Program-made: the position numbers and the translations under genes
From: an uncultured Candidatus Rokubacteria bacterium
Lineage (GTDB): Bacteria > Methylomirabilota > Methylomirabilia > Rokubacteriales > CSP1-6
Direction: 5' to 3'
Assembly: GCA_963762145.1 (NCBI GenBank)
Contig: CAVXJS010000009.1
Span: 576,001-640,000 of the forward strand
Length of the DNA: 64,000 nt
The notes under the pieces: model-generated
The model's database searches: none
Told to the model about the DNA's origin: nothing
The model's input: the letters and a program-made list of their open reading frames with translations, nothing else
Part shown: piece after piece, positions 55,515 to 64,000 of the stretch
Layout: each line of letters begins with the position of its first letter
Position numbering within the stretch: position 1 is the stretch's first letter

Positions 55515-55606
55515 GACGGCGCCTCCTCCGAGGAGAAACGTCCCGCACCCGGTCCCGACACTAGCCGCGCTCCCGGAACAAAGTCAAGGCGCGGTAAGAT
55601 GCCCTC

Positions 55607-56569
55607 ATGCCACTCCTTCGCCCGCGCCGCCTCGCTCCGGGTCAGACCATCGGAATGGTGGCGCCGTCGGCGGCGCCGAACGAGCCCGAGCGGATCCGCT
55701 TCGCGATCGACACGGTGGAGTCGCTCGGGTTCAAGGTGAAACCCGGCGGCCACCTCTTCGACCGCGAGGGCTACCTGGCCGGCTCCGACTCGGCCCGCGC
55801 CGACGACCTCAACCGCATGTTCGCCGACGACGGGGTGGACGCGATCTGGTGCGTGCGGGGCGGTTACGGGGCCTCGCGGATCCTGCCCGATCTCGACTAC
55901 GCCCTCATGCAGCGCAACCCGAAGGCGCTGATCGGCTACAGCGATATCACCGCGCTCCACATGGCGATCCATCGCCACGCGGGCCTCGTCACCTTTCACG
56001 GGCCGGTGGCGTTCCGCGAATTCACGCCCTACTCGCTGGGCGAGCTCAAGCGCGTGCTGTGGTCCGCGCAGACGCCGGTACAGCTCGGCGGCCCCCCGGC
56101 CTTCGACCGGGCCGAGGGCCGGCTGGACTGGGAGAACCGGGTGGCCACGCTGGTGCCGGGCAAGGCCCGCGGCCGGCTGCTGGGCGGTAACCTCTGCCTG
56201 ATGTCGCATCTCTGCGGCACGCCCTATTTCCCCGACCTTCGCGGGGCGATCCTGTTCCTGGAGGACGTCGAGGAGGCCTACTACCGCATCGACCGGATGC
56301 TGACCCAGCTCTGGCTGTCGGGCGCCCTGGCCGGCGTTGCGGGGGTAGCGTTCGGGAAGTTCACCAACTGCAATTCCTCGCAGTTCTTCCTGCAGAACCG
56401 CCCGCTGGAGGACATCCTGGCCGAGCGCTGCCGGGCCCTTCGCGTACCCGCCGTCTCCGGCATCATGGTCGGCCACATCGAGGACCAGACCACCCTCCCG
56501 GTGGGCTGCCTCGCCGAGCTCGACGCCGACGCAGGAACCCTGACCCTGCTCGAGCCCGGAGTCAGCTAG
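55607..56569 (+). CDS. LD-carboxypeptidase / peptidase S66 (LdcA/MccF family)
   Basis: RGGYGA, GYSDIT, GGNL, LFLED, GH catalytic motifs. Confidence 0.92.
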   Translation: MPLLRPRRLAPGQTIGMVAPSAAPNEPERIRFAIDTVESLGFKVKPGGHLFDREGYLAGSDSARADDLNRMFADDGVDAIWCVRGGYGASRILPDLDYALMQRNPKALIGYSDITALHMAIHRHAGLVTFHGPVAFREFTPYSLGELKRVLWSAQTPVQLGGPPAFDRAEGRLDWENRVATLVPGKARGRLLGGNLCLMSHLCGTPYFPDLRGAILFLEDVEEAYYRIDRMLTQLWLSGALAGVAGVAFGKFTNCNSSQFFLQNRPLEDILAERCRALRVPAVSGIMVGHIEDQTTLPVGCLAELDADAGTLTLLEPGVS

Positions 56570-56580
56570 CCCTGCCCCCA

Positions 56581-56615
56581 CCCTCTCCCCTGAGGGGAGA
56601 GGGCAGGGTGAGGGG
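56581..56615 (-). repeat. REP-like palindrome, family B copy 2
   Basis: Reverse complement CCCCTCACCCTGCCCTCTCCCC-TCA-GGGGAGAGGG, between convergent genes. Confidence 0.8.
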
Positions 56616-56644
56616 TCCGGTGGTGGGGGTGATCCCCGTCCGGC

Positions 56645-58081
56645 TCAGTTGCCGCGGCCGATCATCCGGTGCAGCTCCGTCAGCGGGACGATGCGCCCGT
56701 GTAGCGGCAGGATCCGGTCCACCGACAGGTTGAGTCGGGCGATGTTGTCGGCCAGGTTCACGCTGAGCGGATTGATGATCGCGGGCACCGGCGCGTTCGG
56801 CGGGCCGGGCGTGAAGGCGTCGGCCTCGATCAGGAGCCGCTCCTTCGGCAGGTAGACCATCAGCATCCCGTCGGCGTGCGTGTTGCCCGCGATGTGATAG
56901 ATCTCCACGCTGCGCGTGCCGTCGGTGAGCACGCGCTTGTCCCGCACCCCCTCCACCGTGACCTTCAGGCGCGCGGCCTGCTGGCGATCCGGCGTCATGG
57001 TCGCGGGAGCCGCGAGCGCGCCCTCGAAAAAGGCGCGGGTGGTCTCGTGCGTGATCACGGTGATGCCCTCCGCCGCGACGGCGCGGAGGCCGCCCGAGTG
57101 ATCGAAGTGGTGGTGGCTGTTGATCGCGTAGCGGATGGGCTTGCCGGGCACGAGCCGGCGCGCCTCCGCGATGACCGCGACCGCCCGCTCGTCGTTCAGC
57201 GGGGATTCGACGACCATCGTGTGATCGGACATCTCGATGACCACGCTGTGGTGGCTGCCGCCGGTCACGTACCACACGCCCTCCGCGACCGATTCGCTGG
57301 TGACCCGCGCGTAGGGCGTGGTGGCGCTGCGAATGTTGTCCGGCGCCGCGATCTCCACCGGCGCGTTGGGCTTGACGTCGGTCACCGTCAGGTCCGCGGC
57401 CGGGAAGCCCCCCGCGGCCTGGCGGATGCGCATCGGAAACTTCACCCCGCCGAAGTCCCGGTAGTCGGCGTAGGTCACCTCGAGCGGCATGTCGCCCACC
57501 ACCGGGTTGGAGAGCACCGCCTCGACCCGCTCGACCATGCCGCGATCGTCGAGGGTGGCCTTGATCGAGTAGCGACCGGGCACCGCGAAGGCCACCGTGC
57601 GGCCCTGCACGGTGGCGTTGTTCGCCATCGCCGCCTTGATGACGCCGTGGGGCGTGATCCAGAGCTGGAGCTGCCGCTCGATCAGCGCCACCGGGGCGGG
57701 CGCCGCCGTCTCGCCGGTCACGTTCCACGCCAGATCACCGCTCACGATCTGGATCTGGCGCACCTCGCCGATCGCGGGCACCCCACCACCCCGCGGCGGC
57801 ATCTCGGCCCGCGAGCGAAGCTGCTCGTCGCGCAGCGAGGCCGTCTCGTAGTTCACCGCGCGGGTGAACGTCGGGATGTTGAAGCGTGGCCACGGTGCGC
57901 CCGGCACCGCGCTCTGCCCGATCGCGAAGTTGACGCCGCTGGCGGTGTAGGTGAACGACTTCAGGCTGTCGGCGCCGAGCGACTTGGCGGCGCCCTGCAG
58001 CGTGGCCCGCGCGTCCTGGGCCTGCGCAGCACCCGGCAGGCACAGCAGAATCGCGGTCAGCAGCGCGAGGACTTTCCGCAT
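56645..58081 (-). CDS. Secreted MBL-fold metallo-hydrolase with N-terminal extension
   Basis: Signal peptide, SHHHFDHSGG (HxHxDH), THADG, PLHG. Confidence 0.85.
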   Translation of the reverse strand: MRKVLALLTAILLCLPGAAQAQDARATLQGAAKSLGADSLKSFTYTASGVNFAIGQSAVPGAPWPRFNIPTFTRAVNYETASLRDEQLRSRAEMPPRGGGVPAIGEVRQIQIVSGDLAWNVTGETAAPAPVALIERQLQLWITPHGVIKAAMANNATVQGRTVAFAVPGRYSIKATLDDRGMVERVEAVLSNPVVGDMPLEVTYADYRDFGGVKFPMRIRQAAGGFPAADLTVTDVKPNAPVEIAAPDNIRSATTPYARVTSESVAEGVWYVTGGSHHSVVIEMSDHTMVVESPLNDERAVAVIAEARRLVPGKPIRYAINSHHHFDHSGGLRAVAAEGITVITHETTRAFFEGALAAPATMTPDRQQAARLKVTVEGVRDKRVLTDGTRSVEIYHIAGNTHADGMLMVYLPKERLLIEADAFTPGPPNAPVPAIINPLSVNLADNIARLNLSVDRILPLHGRIVPLTELHRMIGRGN

Positions 58082-58125
58082 CTCGGGCCTCCTTGGCGTG
58101 TGAAGGACCAGCTAGTGGCGGAATA

Positions 58126-58754
58126 CTACCAGAAACGCCGGAGCTCGTCGGCCATGCCGTCCGGCCGCTCGAGCTGCCACCAGTGCGAGCAATCCGGAAA
58201 CGAGACGAACCGCGCGCCGGTGCGCTCGGCCAGGCGGGCGCCGAAGCGGGGGCGCCGCGTAGGGATCCCGCTCGCCCCACAGCACGAGGCCCGGCGCGGT
58301 CACGCGCCGCAGATCGTCGGTCCACTCGGTGCCCACGTGCACCGCCGAGCGGTAGAGGGCGAGAATGCAGCGCTTCGGTCATGCCCTCCATCACCCGCTC
58401 ACCCATGCCCGGCGTCTGACAGGCGCGCGCGGCCGGGTGTCACTCGTAGTCGGGATCGAGCGGCGCCCCACCGACCGTCCAGCTCCGTACCGCCCCGGGA
58501 CGCAGCGACACCGCGCGCACCGCGAGCAGCGCGCCCCAGTCGTGGCCGACGAGGTCGACGGGGCCCGGCTGGCGCGCCAGCTCGCCCAGCAGCCAGGCCA
58601 CATAGGCTTCCTTGGTAGCGTCGAAGCCGTCGGGCGCGGGGCAGCCGAAGCCCGGCAGGGACAGCGTGACGACGTCCTTTCGTGCGAGGCGTGAGACGAC
58701 CGCGGCCCAGACGCGGTGGGTATCGGGAACTCCGTGGACGAAGACGGCGGGCAT
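58126..58754 (-). pseudogene. Alpha/beta hydrolase pseudogene
   Basis: FVHGVPD, GHDWG, LWGERDPY, HWWQLERP present, but with an in-frame TGA at 58440, an apparent internal deletion with frameshift ~58377, and a further frameshift ~58250. Confidence 0.7.
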
Positions 58755-58802
58755 CGTGGGCGGCATCCTAGGGATGCTCACCCGGGGAGTCAAGCGAGGG
58801 GG

Positions 58803-59195
58803 CTACGAGCTGGCGGAGTCTTCGGGCTCGTCGAGGTCGACGGAGTCGTGCTGCGCGGGGATCGAGAAATCCTCGGGCGCGGGGGCCAGCAGCCACGCCG
58901 CCACCTCGTAGAGACCGCTCGGCATCGGGTCGCCCATCGTGGTGAACAGCTCCTGCGCCTCGGTCAGGCTCATCACGCACACATCCGAGGTGTGCCGACC
59001 CTCGCGGGCCTTGCGCATCAGCCGCGCCTGGTCGGACGTGGTCACGAGCCACATCATCGCGCCCGGCAGATAATCGAGGCGAACCGCGAGGACGTCGCCG
59101 TGAGCGAGCAGGCTCTCGTAGAACTCGCGCCCGCGCCGGGAGAGCGTCCGGTGGTGCCTCAGAACCTCCTGCAACGTGACCACGCTCGGTGTCAT
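58803..59195 (-). CDS. Hypothetical protein
   Basis: ~130 aa, normal composition and codon usage, acidic tail; no recognised motif. Confidence 0.55.
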   Translation of the reverse strand: MTPSVVTLQEVLRHHRTLSRRGREFYESLLAHGDVLAVRLDYLPGAMMWLVTTSDQARLMRKAREGRHTSDVCVMSLTEAQELFTTMGDPMPSGLYEVAAWLLAPAPEDFSIPAQHDSVDLDEPEDSASS

Positions 59196-59304
59196 GATGT
59201 GCGTACCTGCTCGAGCAAAAGAGCAAACCTCGCGCCATGCAGTGGACATATTTAGTCTCAGCTACTTAGCGGGCAGCAGGAACGACAGGAGCAGGCGGGT
59301 ATTG

Positions 59305-60246
59305 TCAGCCGGGGTGCCGAAGAATGCCAGGATCCCGTCCGAAGAGATGGCGATTCACCTTCGCCGTGGCCGCCACGTAGCCTGGCTCGAGGTGCTCGAT
59401 CCGGCCGCGGACCTGTTCGTGCAACCGGGGCAAGGCGTGAAAGGGTACCGCCGGGTAGGCGTGGTGCTCGGAGTGATACGGCATGTTCCAGGCGAAGAGC
59501 CGCACGAGCGCCAGCGTGAGCGTGGTGCGCGTGTTCTCGAGGCAGTCCCGCGTGACCCCGCAGCCGGTGTGCTCGGCCAGCAGGTACGGCCGCAGGAACG
59601 CCTGCCCGACCATCCACGGCACGATCCAGACGAGCAGCGCGATGGGCGTGCCGCCGAGTACCGAGGCGGCCGCCACCCCCGCATAGCCCACGAGATAGGC
59701 ACGCGCCTCCAGGATGAGAGGTCCGCGCTCCGCGGGCGCCATCCACGGCCGGTCCGCCCGGCCGGCGGCGAGCCGCAGCAGGTCCCCGACGCGACGGATC
59801 GCGTTCGGGATCCCGGTCAGCACGAAGAGGTAGACCGGCCACGACGCGGGCTTGGGGAAGAAGAGCTCGGGATCGCGTTCCGGGTCCTGCGTGTGGCGAT
59901 GGTGCTCCCAGTGGTACACGCGATAGTTCCGATACGGCCAGAAGGTGAGGAACCCGGCCAGGGTGCCGACCACCGCGTTCAGCCAGCGGGTGCGGAAGGC
60001 GGTGCGATGGGCGGTCTCGTGAAAGGCGCAGAAGATGAACGCGAGCACGTAGCCGTGCGCGACCAGCAGCGGGAGGACCCAGACGGTGGCTCGGAGCCGC
60101 CAGAGGAGCGTGCCGGTGAGCGCGAGCACGCCGAGGTGCCAGACCGCGCGCCGCAGCGCCGACCCGTCGGAGCGCGCCATCAGCGCGTGAAGCGCCTCGC
60201 GCGGGAGCTGGTGCTCGGTGAAGCGGACGAGGGCGTCGTCTCTCAC
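59305..60246 (-). CDS. Membrane desaturase/hydroxylase, MocD/rhizopine-oxygenase-like
   Basis: His boxes HETAH, HWEHH, HSEHH; TQDPERDPE; GTG overlaps the upstream TGA. Confidence 0.85.
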   Translation of the reverse strand: MRDDALVRFTEHQLPREALHALMARSDGSALRRAVWHLGVLALTGTLLWRLRATVWVLPLLVAHGYVLAFIFCAFHETAHRTAFRTRWLNAVVGTLAGFLTFWPYRNYRVYHWEHHRHTQDPERDPELFFPKPASWPVYLFVLTGIPNAIRRVGDLLRLAAGRADRPWMAPAERGPLILEARAYLVGYAGVAAASVLGGTPIALLVWIVPWMVGQAFLRPYLLAEHTGCGVTRDCLENTRTTLTLALVRLFAWNMPYHSEHHAYPAVPFHALPRLHEQVRGRIEHLEPGYVAATAKVNRHLFGRDPGILRHPG

Positions 60247-61055
60247 GTCAGACGCGGTCGATCGCCCTCGACGATGATCCGCCACAGCACGCGGCTCTGA
60301 CTCCGGTCGTAGTCGCCGTGCGCGCGGTGCATCGTCGCGCGGTCGTCGATCACGAGCACGTCACCCCGGCGCCAGACGTGGTGATAGACGATCTCCGGCC
60401 GGATCATCCGGTCCAGCAGGTCCCCCATGTAGGCGCGGCTCGCCTCGGGGGTCATGCCCGCGATGTGGGTGGCCTTGGAGATGTGGAAGTACACCGCGCG
60501 CGACCCATGCACCGGATGGGTGCGCACCATCGGGTGCTCGATCGGCCGGCCGTACTTGCCCCGGTCCTCCGGGCGCGTGTCGGCGTGTCCGTCCAGCCCG
60601 TTGAACGACGTGAGCGACTCGAGGCGCCGGCGCTCGTCCTCCGACAGGGCGAGATAGGCCGCGCGCATGCTGGCCACGCTGGTGCCGCCGCCCGCCGAGG
60701 GTATCTCCCGCCCGTACAGGATCGTGGCGGCCGGCGGGCGCTCGCGATTGGTGTGGTCGGTGTGCCATTGCTCGGCCGGCTGCTGGCCGTTCCGGTGCCA
60801 GATCAGCCCGATCAGGGGAAAGTCCGGCATGTTGTGCTGCGAGTAGTGCTGCTCCATCGGCGGGCCGAACACGGACGCCGCGGCGAGATACTGGGCCGGC
60901 GTCAGCGTCTGATCGTGGAACACGAGCGCCAGGTGATCGGCCAGCGCCTGGTTCAGCGCACGCCGGGTCGGCTCGTCGAGCGGCGCGCTCAGGTCCACCT
61001 CGGCCACCTCGGCGCCGAGCGAAGGATGGATGGGCGAGATCTTCACGGACGCCAT
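60243..61055 (-). CDS. TauD/TfdA Fe(II)/2-oxoglutarate dioxygenase
   Basis: LGAEV, WHTD (HxD), HPMVRTHP, WRRGD..DDRATMH. Confidence 0.9.
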   Translation of the reverse strand: MASVKISPIHPSLGAEVAEVDLSAPLDEPTRRALNQALADHLALVFHDQTLTPAQYLAAASVFGPPMEQHYSQHNMPDFPLIGLIWHRNGQQPAEQWHTDHTNRERPPAATILYGREIPSAGGGTSVASMRAAYLALSEDERRRLESLTSFNGLDGHADTRPEDRGKYGRPIEHPMVRTHPVHGSRAVYFHISKATHIAGMTPEASRAYMGDLLDRMIRPEIVYHHVWRRGDVLVIDDRATMHRAHGDYDRSQSRVLWRIIVEGDRPRLT

Positions 61056-61066
61056 GGCGCCTCGGC

Positions 61067-61630
61067 TCAGCGGGCCAGCCCGGGGGTTCCGGCCGGCACC
61101 GCGTAGAAGTTCATCGTCAGCGAGACCGCGGTGTAGTACCCCATCAGGACGATCACGTCGGTGACGCTCTCGTGCCCGAGCACGGCGACCGCGCGATCGT
61201 AGAGACTCTGCGGGACGAGCCGACCCCCGGCCAGCGCCATCGCGACCTCGTAGACCACCTGCTCGCGCGCGTCGGCGAACGCGGTCGGGAGGCCGGCGAC
61301 GATCGCCTCCACCGCGGCGGCCGGGAGGCCCACCTCCACCCCGCGCTTCTCGTGGGCGCTGGTCGGGTAGGCCGAATGCCAGCGGCTGGTGATGACGAGG
61401 ACCGCGATCTCCCGCTCGCGCTCGGACAGGGCCGACTCGCCCGGCCTGAAGTGCTGGCCGAGCGGCGCCGCCGCGCGCACCAGCCGGGGATTGTGCACCC
61501 ACACCTTGTATGGCCCGATCAGCCGGTTGCGCGGACCGTCGACGAGAAAGCGGTACCCTTCCCGCTGCTCCGCCGTCATCCGGTCCACCGGGATCTCCGC
61601 GTAGCGTCCGAACGTGGGCGCGTCGCTCAT
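61067..61630 (-). CDS. Carboxymuconolactone decarboxylase/AhpD-like protein
   Basis: GPYKVW..P, LSEREREIAVL, AHE, MGYYTAVS. Confidence 0.82.
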   Translation of the reverse strand: MSDAPTFGRYAEIPVDRMTAEQREGYRFLVDGPRNRLIGPYKVWVHNPRLVRAAAPLGQHFRPGESALSEREREIAVLVITSRWHSAYPTSAHEKRGVEVGLPAAAVEAIVAGLPTAFADAREQVVYEVAMALAGGRLVPQSLYDRAVAVLGHESVTDVIVLMGYYTAVSLTMNFYAVPAGTPGLAR

Positions 61631-61713
61631 TGCGCGTCCCTCCTGTCGCAGGTCGCCGTAATCTTACCGCGGATCATACTCCAGCGTGGCGCGCCTCCGG
61701 TTATCATCGCGTC

Positions 61714-62949
61714 ATGGGGCTATCCAGATCGCCGAGCCACGTCGCGGTGCTCGGCGGAGGGCTACAGGGTTGTTGCGTCGCCCTCGCCCTCGCCGAGCGT
61801 GGCGCGCGAGTCACCCTCTACGATCGCAACGATACGCTTCTGACCCAGGCCGCCGTCGCCAACGAGGGACGCATGCACCTCGGCTACATCTACGCCGCGG
61901 ACCAGAGCCTCGCCACCGCGCGCACGATGATCCGAGGCGCCCTCGCGTTCGCGCCGTTCATCGAACGCCACGTCGGGCTGCCGGCGAGCCGGCTCGCGCC
62001 GTCGCCGACCACGACCTACGTCGTCCATCGTGACAGTCAGCGGCCGGTGGAGGAGCTTGCGGATTATCTCGGGGCGGTCCACACGCTGCTGCGGGACGCC
62101 GCGGGCGGCCGTCGGGACGCCTACTTCGGAGTCGAGCTCCGCCCCGCGCCCCGCCGATGGTCGTCGGCCGAGCGCGAGGGCGTGTTCGACGGATCGCTGG
62201 CGCTCGCCGCCTTCGACATCCCGGAGGTCTGCATCGATCCGGTCCTGCTCGCCGCGGCGGTGCGCGAACGCGTTGCCGCGACCCCGGCCATCGAGACGCG
62301 TCTGCTCCGCACCGTGGCCGCCGTGGAGGACACCGGTGCCGCGCTGCGCGTCGTCAGCGATGGCCCCGAGGGGCCCGCGCGCGACGCCTACGACCACGTG
62401 GTCAATGCGCTGTGGGACGGCCGGCTCGCCGTCGACGGTACGCTCGGCCTCCGCCCGGCGCGGCCGTGGATACACCGCTTCAAGTACGGCATCCGCTTCC
62501 GTCCACCCCCCGGCGCGCCCCCGTTGCCGACGGTCGCGATCACACTGGGGCCGTTCGGCGACCTGGTCGTGTACGGCCAGGGTATGGCCTATCTGAACTG
62601 GTATCCGACCTGCCTCGACACGATCTCGCACGAGATCAAGCCGCCCGATCGGTCCCCGATCCCGGCGCCGCGTCGCGCCCAGGTCGTGGCCGAAACGCTG
62701 CGGGCGATGGCGGAGATCGTCGTTCCACTGCGCAACCTCGACGCCGGAAGCCTACCGGACTGCTCGGTGCTGGGCGGCACGATCGTGGCCTGGGGCCGCA
62801 CCGACATCGACGATCCGGCGAGCGAGCTCCACCGGCGGTACGAGATCGGCGTCACCTCGACCGGCCGCTATCATTCGGTCGACCCGGGCAAGCTGACGAT
62901 GACCCCCTACTTCGCCGGCGTCTGCGCCGACCGGATCGTGCCGCCATGA
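61714..62949 (+). CDS. FAD-dependent oxidoreductase (DAO-like)
   Basis: VAVLGGGLQG, NEGRMHLG, VVNALW, GKLT. Confidence 0.8.
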   Translation: MGLSRSPSHVAVLGGGLQGCCVALALAERGARVTLYDRNDTLLTQAAVANEGRMHLGYIYAADQSLATARTMIRGALAFAPFIERHVGLPASRLAPSPTTTYVVHRDSQRPVEELADYLGAVHTLLRDAAGGRRDAYFGVELRPAPRRWSSAEREGVFDGSLALAAFDIPEVCIDPVLLAAAVRERVAATPAIETRLLRTVAAVEDTGAALRVVSDGPEGPARDAYDHVVNALWDGRLAVDGTLGLRPARPWIHRFKYGIRFRPPPGAPPLPTVAITLGPFGDLVVYGQGMAYLNWYPTCLDTISHEIKPPDRSPIPAPRRAQVVAETLRAMAEIVVPLRNLDAGSLPDCSVLGGTIVAWGRTDIDDPASELHRRYEIGVTSTGRYHSVDPGKLTMTPYFAGVCADRIVPP

Positions 62950-63965
62950 CACCGCGCACGCCCAGGGTAGCCGTCGCGGTTCCGGTCTGGCGTGGTGCCG
63001 ACTACGTGGCCGAGACGCTCGAGTCGGTGCTGCGGCAACGCGGTCCGGGGCTCACCGTCATCGTGTCCATCGACGGCCGCGACGAGACGTCGGAGGCGGC
63101 CTGCCGACCCTTCCTTGCCGACCCGCGCGTGCGAATGCTCGTGCAGCCGCGGCGCCTGGGGTGGGTCGGGAATTCGTCGGCGGCCCTGGCCTCGGCGGCG
63201 GCCGAGCCCGTCGACTACGCTTGCCTGCAGCCGCACGACGACGTGCTGGACGACGACTACCTCGCCGCCCTCCTGGGCGCCGCGGAGGCCAATCCCGGTG
63301 CGGCGGTCGTCTACTCGGACATCCAGGCGTTCGGTACGCTGGACCGGGTGATCCGGCAGCCGACGATCGCCGGATCGCCATTCGAGCGGCAGATGGGACT
63401 GCTGCGCGACCACTTCGACGCCGTCGCCTTTCGCGGGCTCACGCGCGTCTCGGCACTGCGCTCCATCCTCCCGATGACGGGCAATCCGTGCGAGAACTTC
63501 GCCGCCGACACGGTCTGGATGGCGCGGCAGGCACTCGTCGGGGACCTCGTGCGCGTACCGTACGCGCTCTATCGCAAACGCTTTCACCCCAACAATACGC
63601 ACACGAAATGGTTCGCCTGGCCCCATGAACGCAAGATGACCGCCTGGATCCGGCATTGCCTCGACATGCTCGCCGAGGCATTGAAGGCGAGCCGCACCCA
63701 GTCGGAACGCCGGATGCTCCACCGAGCCGCGCGCACGCGGCTCCTCCAGGCGGCGACCTCGACGGGCCCCTACCTCGGGGACCTGGCCGGCCTGAATCGG
63801 TTGGCGCGGGCACGCCTGCGCTCGCGATTCGAGGCCGCGGCCGCCCGCCGGACGGACGTGGGACCGCCCGGCCCGGGAGGCCGGTTTCGCGTCGGGTCCC
63901 GGGCGGTGAGCGCGCTCACACACATCCTGGCCGGGAGAACCCTGCAAGATCTCGTCGATAGCTGA
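62946..63965 (+). CDS. Glycosyltransferase family 2
   Basis: VAVPVW, SIDG, RLGWVGN, HDDV (DxD-like), VYSD; ATGA overlap with the oxidoreductase. Confidence 0.82.
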   Translation: MTPRTPRVAVAVPVWRGADYVAETLESVLRQRGPGLTVIVSIDGRDETSEAACRPFLADPRVRMLVQPRRLGWVGNSSAALASAAAEPVDYACLQPHDDVLDDDYLAALLGAAEANPGAAVVYSDIQAFGTLDRVIRQPTIAGSPFERQMGLLRDHFDAVAFRGLTRVSALRSILPMTGNPCENFAADTVWMARQALVGDLVRVPYALYRKRFHPNNTHTKWFAWPHERKMTAWIRHCLDMLAEALKASRTQSERRMLHRAARTRLLQAATSTGPYLGDLAGLNRLARARLRSRFEAAAARRTDVGPPGPGGRFRVGSRAVSALTHILAGRTLQDLVDS

Positions 63966-64000
63966 GGACTCCCCGGGCGGGCGGCCTGCCGTCATGGTAT

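Noticed and set aside
55607-56569. MccF microcin-immunity/defence interpretation
   Set aside because: No microcin genes nearby; a housekeeping LD-carboxypeptidase is equally consistent
58440-58442. In-frame TGA as selenocysteine or Trp recoding
   Set aside because: TGA is the normal stop across the window, and the gene carries additional lesions

Overview
GC-rich (about 70% by eye), densely coding bacterial chromosome segment from a diderm (lptD present). Gene content and intergenic palindromes resemble Candidatus Rokubacteria/Methylomirabilota; this taxonomy is my inference and is unverified. About 60 CDS, with no rRNA, tRNA, CRISPR, prophage or transposase recognised. Main blocks: (1) glnE-glnB-glgA-Na/Pi transporter-phosphatase-gltX, divergent from glnS; (2) a ~15 kb minus-strand run pncB-trpC-trpF-trpB-trpA-accD-folC-lptD-degT-wbpA-like-ubiA-dprE1-dprE2, i.e. 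a mycobacterial-type polyprenyl-phospho-arabinofuranose pathway attached to lptD; (3) a signalling/envelope block with an NtrC-type regulator, a CHASE2-cyclase-PilZ protein, a REC-cyclase, HtrA, RlpA, a SPOR protein and two cytochromes c, one with a contracted CxCH motif; (4) a sigma-54 module of a PEP-CTERM protein plus an atypical enhancer-binding protein, each preceded by a -24/-12 motif; (5) catabolic and transport accessory genes. Many genes have a TANNNT -10 box only 6-9 nt before the start codon, suggesting pervasive leaderless mRNAs. About ten isolated single-base frameshifts in otherwise intact genes look like long-read consensus errors; one alpha/beta hydrolase looks like a true pseudogene.
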